Shown here in pieces: positions 24,405 to 26,923 of a stretch of 26,923 bases of DNA. The notes below the pieces were generated by a model. It was not told the origin of the DNA and ran no database searches. It was given only the letters and a program-made list of their open reading frames with translations. The position numbers and the translations under genes were made by a program. This DNA is from Gemmatimonadota bacterium (lineage in GTDB: Bacteria > Gemmatimonadota > Gemmatimonadetes > Gemmatimonadales > Gemmatimonadaceae): the NCBI GenBank assembly GCA_040389905.1, contig JAZJZK010000054.1, positions 1 through 26,923 of the forward strand, written 5' to 3'. Position 1 is the stretch's first letter. The number at the start of each line of letters is the position of its first letter.

Positions 24405-26552
24405 ATGACGAACCCTTGGCCGCCCGAGACCCTTCAGGGATTCCAGCAAGCCGCACAATCGCTGAAGCTCTATCGACGGGCCGAGCTACAGGACCTCGAG
24501 CAGGGAGGGTCTCTCGTCGAAGAGCTCTATGTCGATCCGCTCCCAGCGGACAACGCATTTCAGACAGTGCTGAGCCCACACACAACGTTCGTCATCGGTC
24601 GAAAAGGGACCGGAAAATCAACAATCTTCCAGCGCTTACAATACGAACTCCGCAAGAGCAAATATCAGACGTCGGCCTACCTCGACATAAAAACGGTCTA
24701 CGAATCCTCACAAGTTGATCCTGAGCTGCTCGCCCGCGTCCAAGAGCTGGATGCGGCCCTACCGGCCGCCAGTTTAGAACGGCTGCTTCTATACCGCGAG
24801 TTTCTCCGCGCAGTCGTCACCGAGATCAAGTCGGAGCTCACAAAGCGCATTCAAGCGTCAATATGGGAGAAGGTGAAGGAACACTTCTCGGGCAACATCG
24901 CCGAGCTGTTTGAAGGACTAGATACTCTGTTGGAGGAAGCCAACGAGGACCGATTCATCAACATTATCGGTCTGCGGTCCGCCGACCGTAAGGCAAAGAA
25001 GAGTGCGGCGAAGCGCGCGTCGACAAAGGCTGGCGCTGCTGGCGAACTAGGAACGGCGCCAAAGGCATCCGCCACCGTCGAGCGGACCAGTGAATCCAGT
25101 GCCGCGGACGAAAACGAAGTTGAGTACACAGACATTCTCCTGCGCTCCTTCAACATCAAAGAGATAGTCGCGCGACTTCGTGAAATCCTTGATCAACTCG
25201 GGATTCGATACCTCTACGTTTTGGTCGACGACTTTTCGGAACTACCTGAAGAGGCGATGCGGGTTGTTGTCGATGTGCTCCTTGCACCGCTCAACAATTG
25301 GTCGGATGAGTTTATCAAGTTCAAAATCGCCGCCTACCCCGGTCGAGTGTACTTCGGTGCGATCGACAAAACGAAGGTTGACGAGCTTTATCTCGACATG
25401 TATCGGCTGTACGGCGGCGGTGACGTGGGACGGATGGAAGATAGCGCAATCGATTTCACCAAGCGCTTGGTCGAGCGGCGCATTCAGCATTTTTGCAATC
25501 GCGACGCTGCCGACTTCTTTGAGAACCCGGACGCGGAGGTGTGGCAGCACCTCTTTTACGCATCGATGGCCAATCCCCGGAGTCTCGGGTACCTACTGCA
25601 CTACCTCTACGAGTCGCATCTAATTCGCGGTCGACGGATTAGCGTTTCCGCCATCCAAGAAGCCGCGCAACGATATTACGCCGAGAAAATCGAGTCGTAC
25701 TTCACCATCGGCAAATTCCTGCATGAATCCTTCGAGGAACGATCGTCGATCTTTAGTCTCAAGGAACTGCTTGAAGCACTCGTCACCCGCGCGCGCGAAC
25801 TCCGCAGTCAAGGTGGATCCGACCTCATCCGCAAAATCTCCGGTCGGCCGCCCACCAGCCACTTTCACGTTCCGGTCGCCTACGAGCCGCTCTTTTCGAG
25901 CCTTGAGCTGAACTTCTTTCTCACGAAGTACTTCGAAATGACTGACCGATCATCGAGAAAGGTCAGTGTCTATGCGCTGAACTACGGTCTCTGTTCCAAA
26001 TACACAATCCGCTTCGGCAGGCCAACGGGCGAGCGTGAATTTCGGACGTATTTCATCGAGCGGGGTTTTGACTATTCACCGATCCTGCTTGCCTACTTGG
26101 CGAAGAATCAGGAGATCGTGTGTGACGCGTGTAGGGCGACGTACGCGTTTGAGAATCTGGACGCTCTTAAATTCTACGGCATGCGTTGCCGCGAGTGCAA
26201 GGACGGCACCGTTCGGGTAACAAACCTTTCTCGTAAGTACGCTGATGAGCTCCGCGCAGTGAGCCAGGACGCGCTGTTGCCGGCCACAGAACTCGGGATC
26301 TTGCAGACCTTGCATGCTGAAGACGGTCCTATTCGCGCTGCTCAGATTGCCGGTGAGCTGGACTGCTCCTACCAACTCGTAGGCAAACGTGGCAAGGCAT
26401 TGGCCGAGCGCGGGCTCGTAACGCGCACCATGGCGGGTGGCTTTCGACTATTCGAAATCGCCAAGTTGGCAACGACTGCGTATTTTTCGAATCCTGCTCG
26501 GAACGATTTGCAGATGGAATCGGAACCTCCTAGTTCTGGGACTGCTGAGTGA
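24405..26552 (+). CDS. Large P-loop NTPase with C-terminal Zn ribbon and winged HTH
   Basis: Walker A GRKGTGKS, Walker B YVLVDDFSE, a STAND/AAA-like SMANPR motif, CDAC...CREC, and a wHTH (RAAQIAGELDCSYQLVGKRGKALAERGLV). Confidence 0.8.
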   Translation: MTNPWPPETLQGFQQAAQSLKLYRRAELQDLEQGGSLVEELYVDPLPADNAFQTVLSPHTTFVIGRKGTGKSTIFQRLQYELRKSKYQTSAYLDIKTVYESSQVDPELLARVQELDAALPAASLERLLLYREFLRAVVTEIKSELTKRIQASIWEKVKEHFSGNIAELFEGLDTLLEEANEDRFINIIGLRSADRKAKKSAAKRASTKAGAAGELGTAPKASATVERTSESSAADENEVEYTDILLRSFNIKEIVARLREILDQLGIRYLYVLVDDFSELPEEAMRVVVDVLLAPLNNWSDEFIKFKIAAYPGRVYFGAIDKTKVDELYLDMYRLYGGGDVGRMEDSAIDFTKRLVERRIQHFCNRDAADFFENPDAEVWQHLFYASMANPRSLGYLLHYLYESHLIRGRRISVSAIQEAAQRYYAEKIESYFTIGKFLHESFEERSSIFSLKELLEALVTRARELRSQGGSDLIRKISGRPPTSHFHVPVAYEPLFSSLELNFFLTKYFEMTDRSSRKVSVYALNYGLCSKYTIRFGRPTGEREFRTYFIERGFDYSPILLAYLAKNQEIVCDACRATYAFENLDALKFYGMRCRECKDGTVRVTNLSRKYADELRAVSQDALLPATELGILQTLHAEDGPIRAAQIAGELDCSYQLVGKRGKALAERGLVTRTMAGGFRLFEIAKLATTAYFSNPARNDLQMESEPPSSGTAE

Positions 26553-26923
26553 ACAGTTGTACAGCCACTGATGATGCCGCAACGGGCACCGAGTAGCGAT
26601 CGTATTCCGGCTGGTGGAAACGCGATACTGATTATCGACGTCGGGCGAAACACCCACGAAGAGCTTCTGTCAGGTTTAGAAGGATGACTATTGCGTCAGC
26701 CCGCGCAGTGTCCTGCGCGGTCGCGTCTCGACCGCGGCGGGTACGACGATGGCAAGAGAAACGACAACGATGGTTCACAGGTTAGCGAGAAGGACTATTT
26801 CTTGCTCGTTAACGTGTAGTGATCGGTCCTGCCAAGCGTCTTGATCGTCGCCTTCACCTCGCCTACCCCTGTCTTGGTTCAGCGTGAACTGGAGTGTCGG
26901 CGAGTGCGATTAGGCAGTAGCGG

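Noticed and set aside
26553..26923. Possible gene or attachment site at the window end
   Set aside because: No convincing ORF, RNA structure or copy of the tRNA 3' end was found.

Overview
GC-rich bacterial DNA, probably Gemmatimonadota-like (inferred from a SusC/SusD pair in a high-GC genome and the style of the TonB N-terminus). About 1.9-21.3 kb is a polysaccharide-utilisation locus for alginate or a related polyuronate. It encodes a GntR-LacI (AraR-type) regulator, SusC, SusD, two PF05426 (PL38-like) lyases, a PL17 oligoalginate lyase, a DEH-reductase-like SDR, a KdgF-like cupin, an ExuT-like MFS transporter, a LarA-family epimerase, a 6-phosphogluconate dehydrogenase, a KdgK-like kinase and TonB. 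A divergent SGNH acetylesterase, an inserted vapBC module and several palindromic repeats are also present. The most striking element is at 21.39-21.70 kb. A sigma70-like promoter drives a 23-codon Asn-rich leader peptide (7 Asn), followed by mutually exclusive antiterminator/terminator hairpins, an atypical tRNA-Asn(GTT) gene and a terminator. This looks like a ribosome-mediated attenuator that switches on a spare tRNA-Asn when Asn decoding fails. Downstream is a defence-like island with an N6-adenine methyltransferase, a DpnII-like endonuclease and a P-loop NTPase carrying a Zn ribbon and winged HTH. All calls come from reading motifs in the sequence; no database searches were run.
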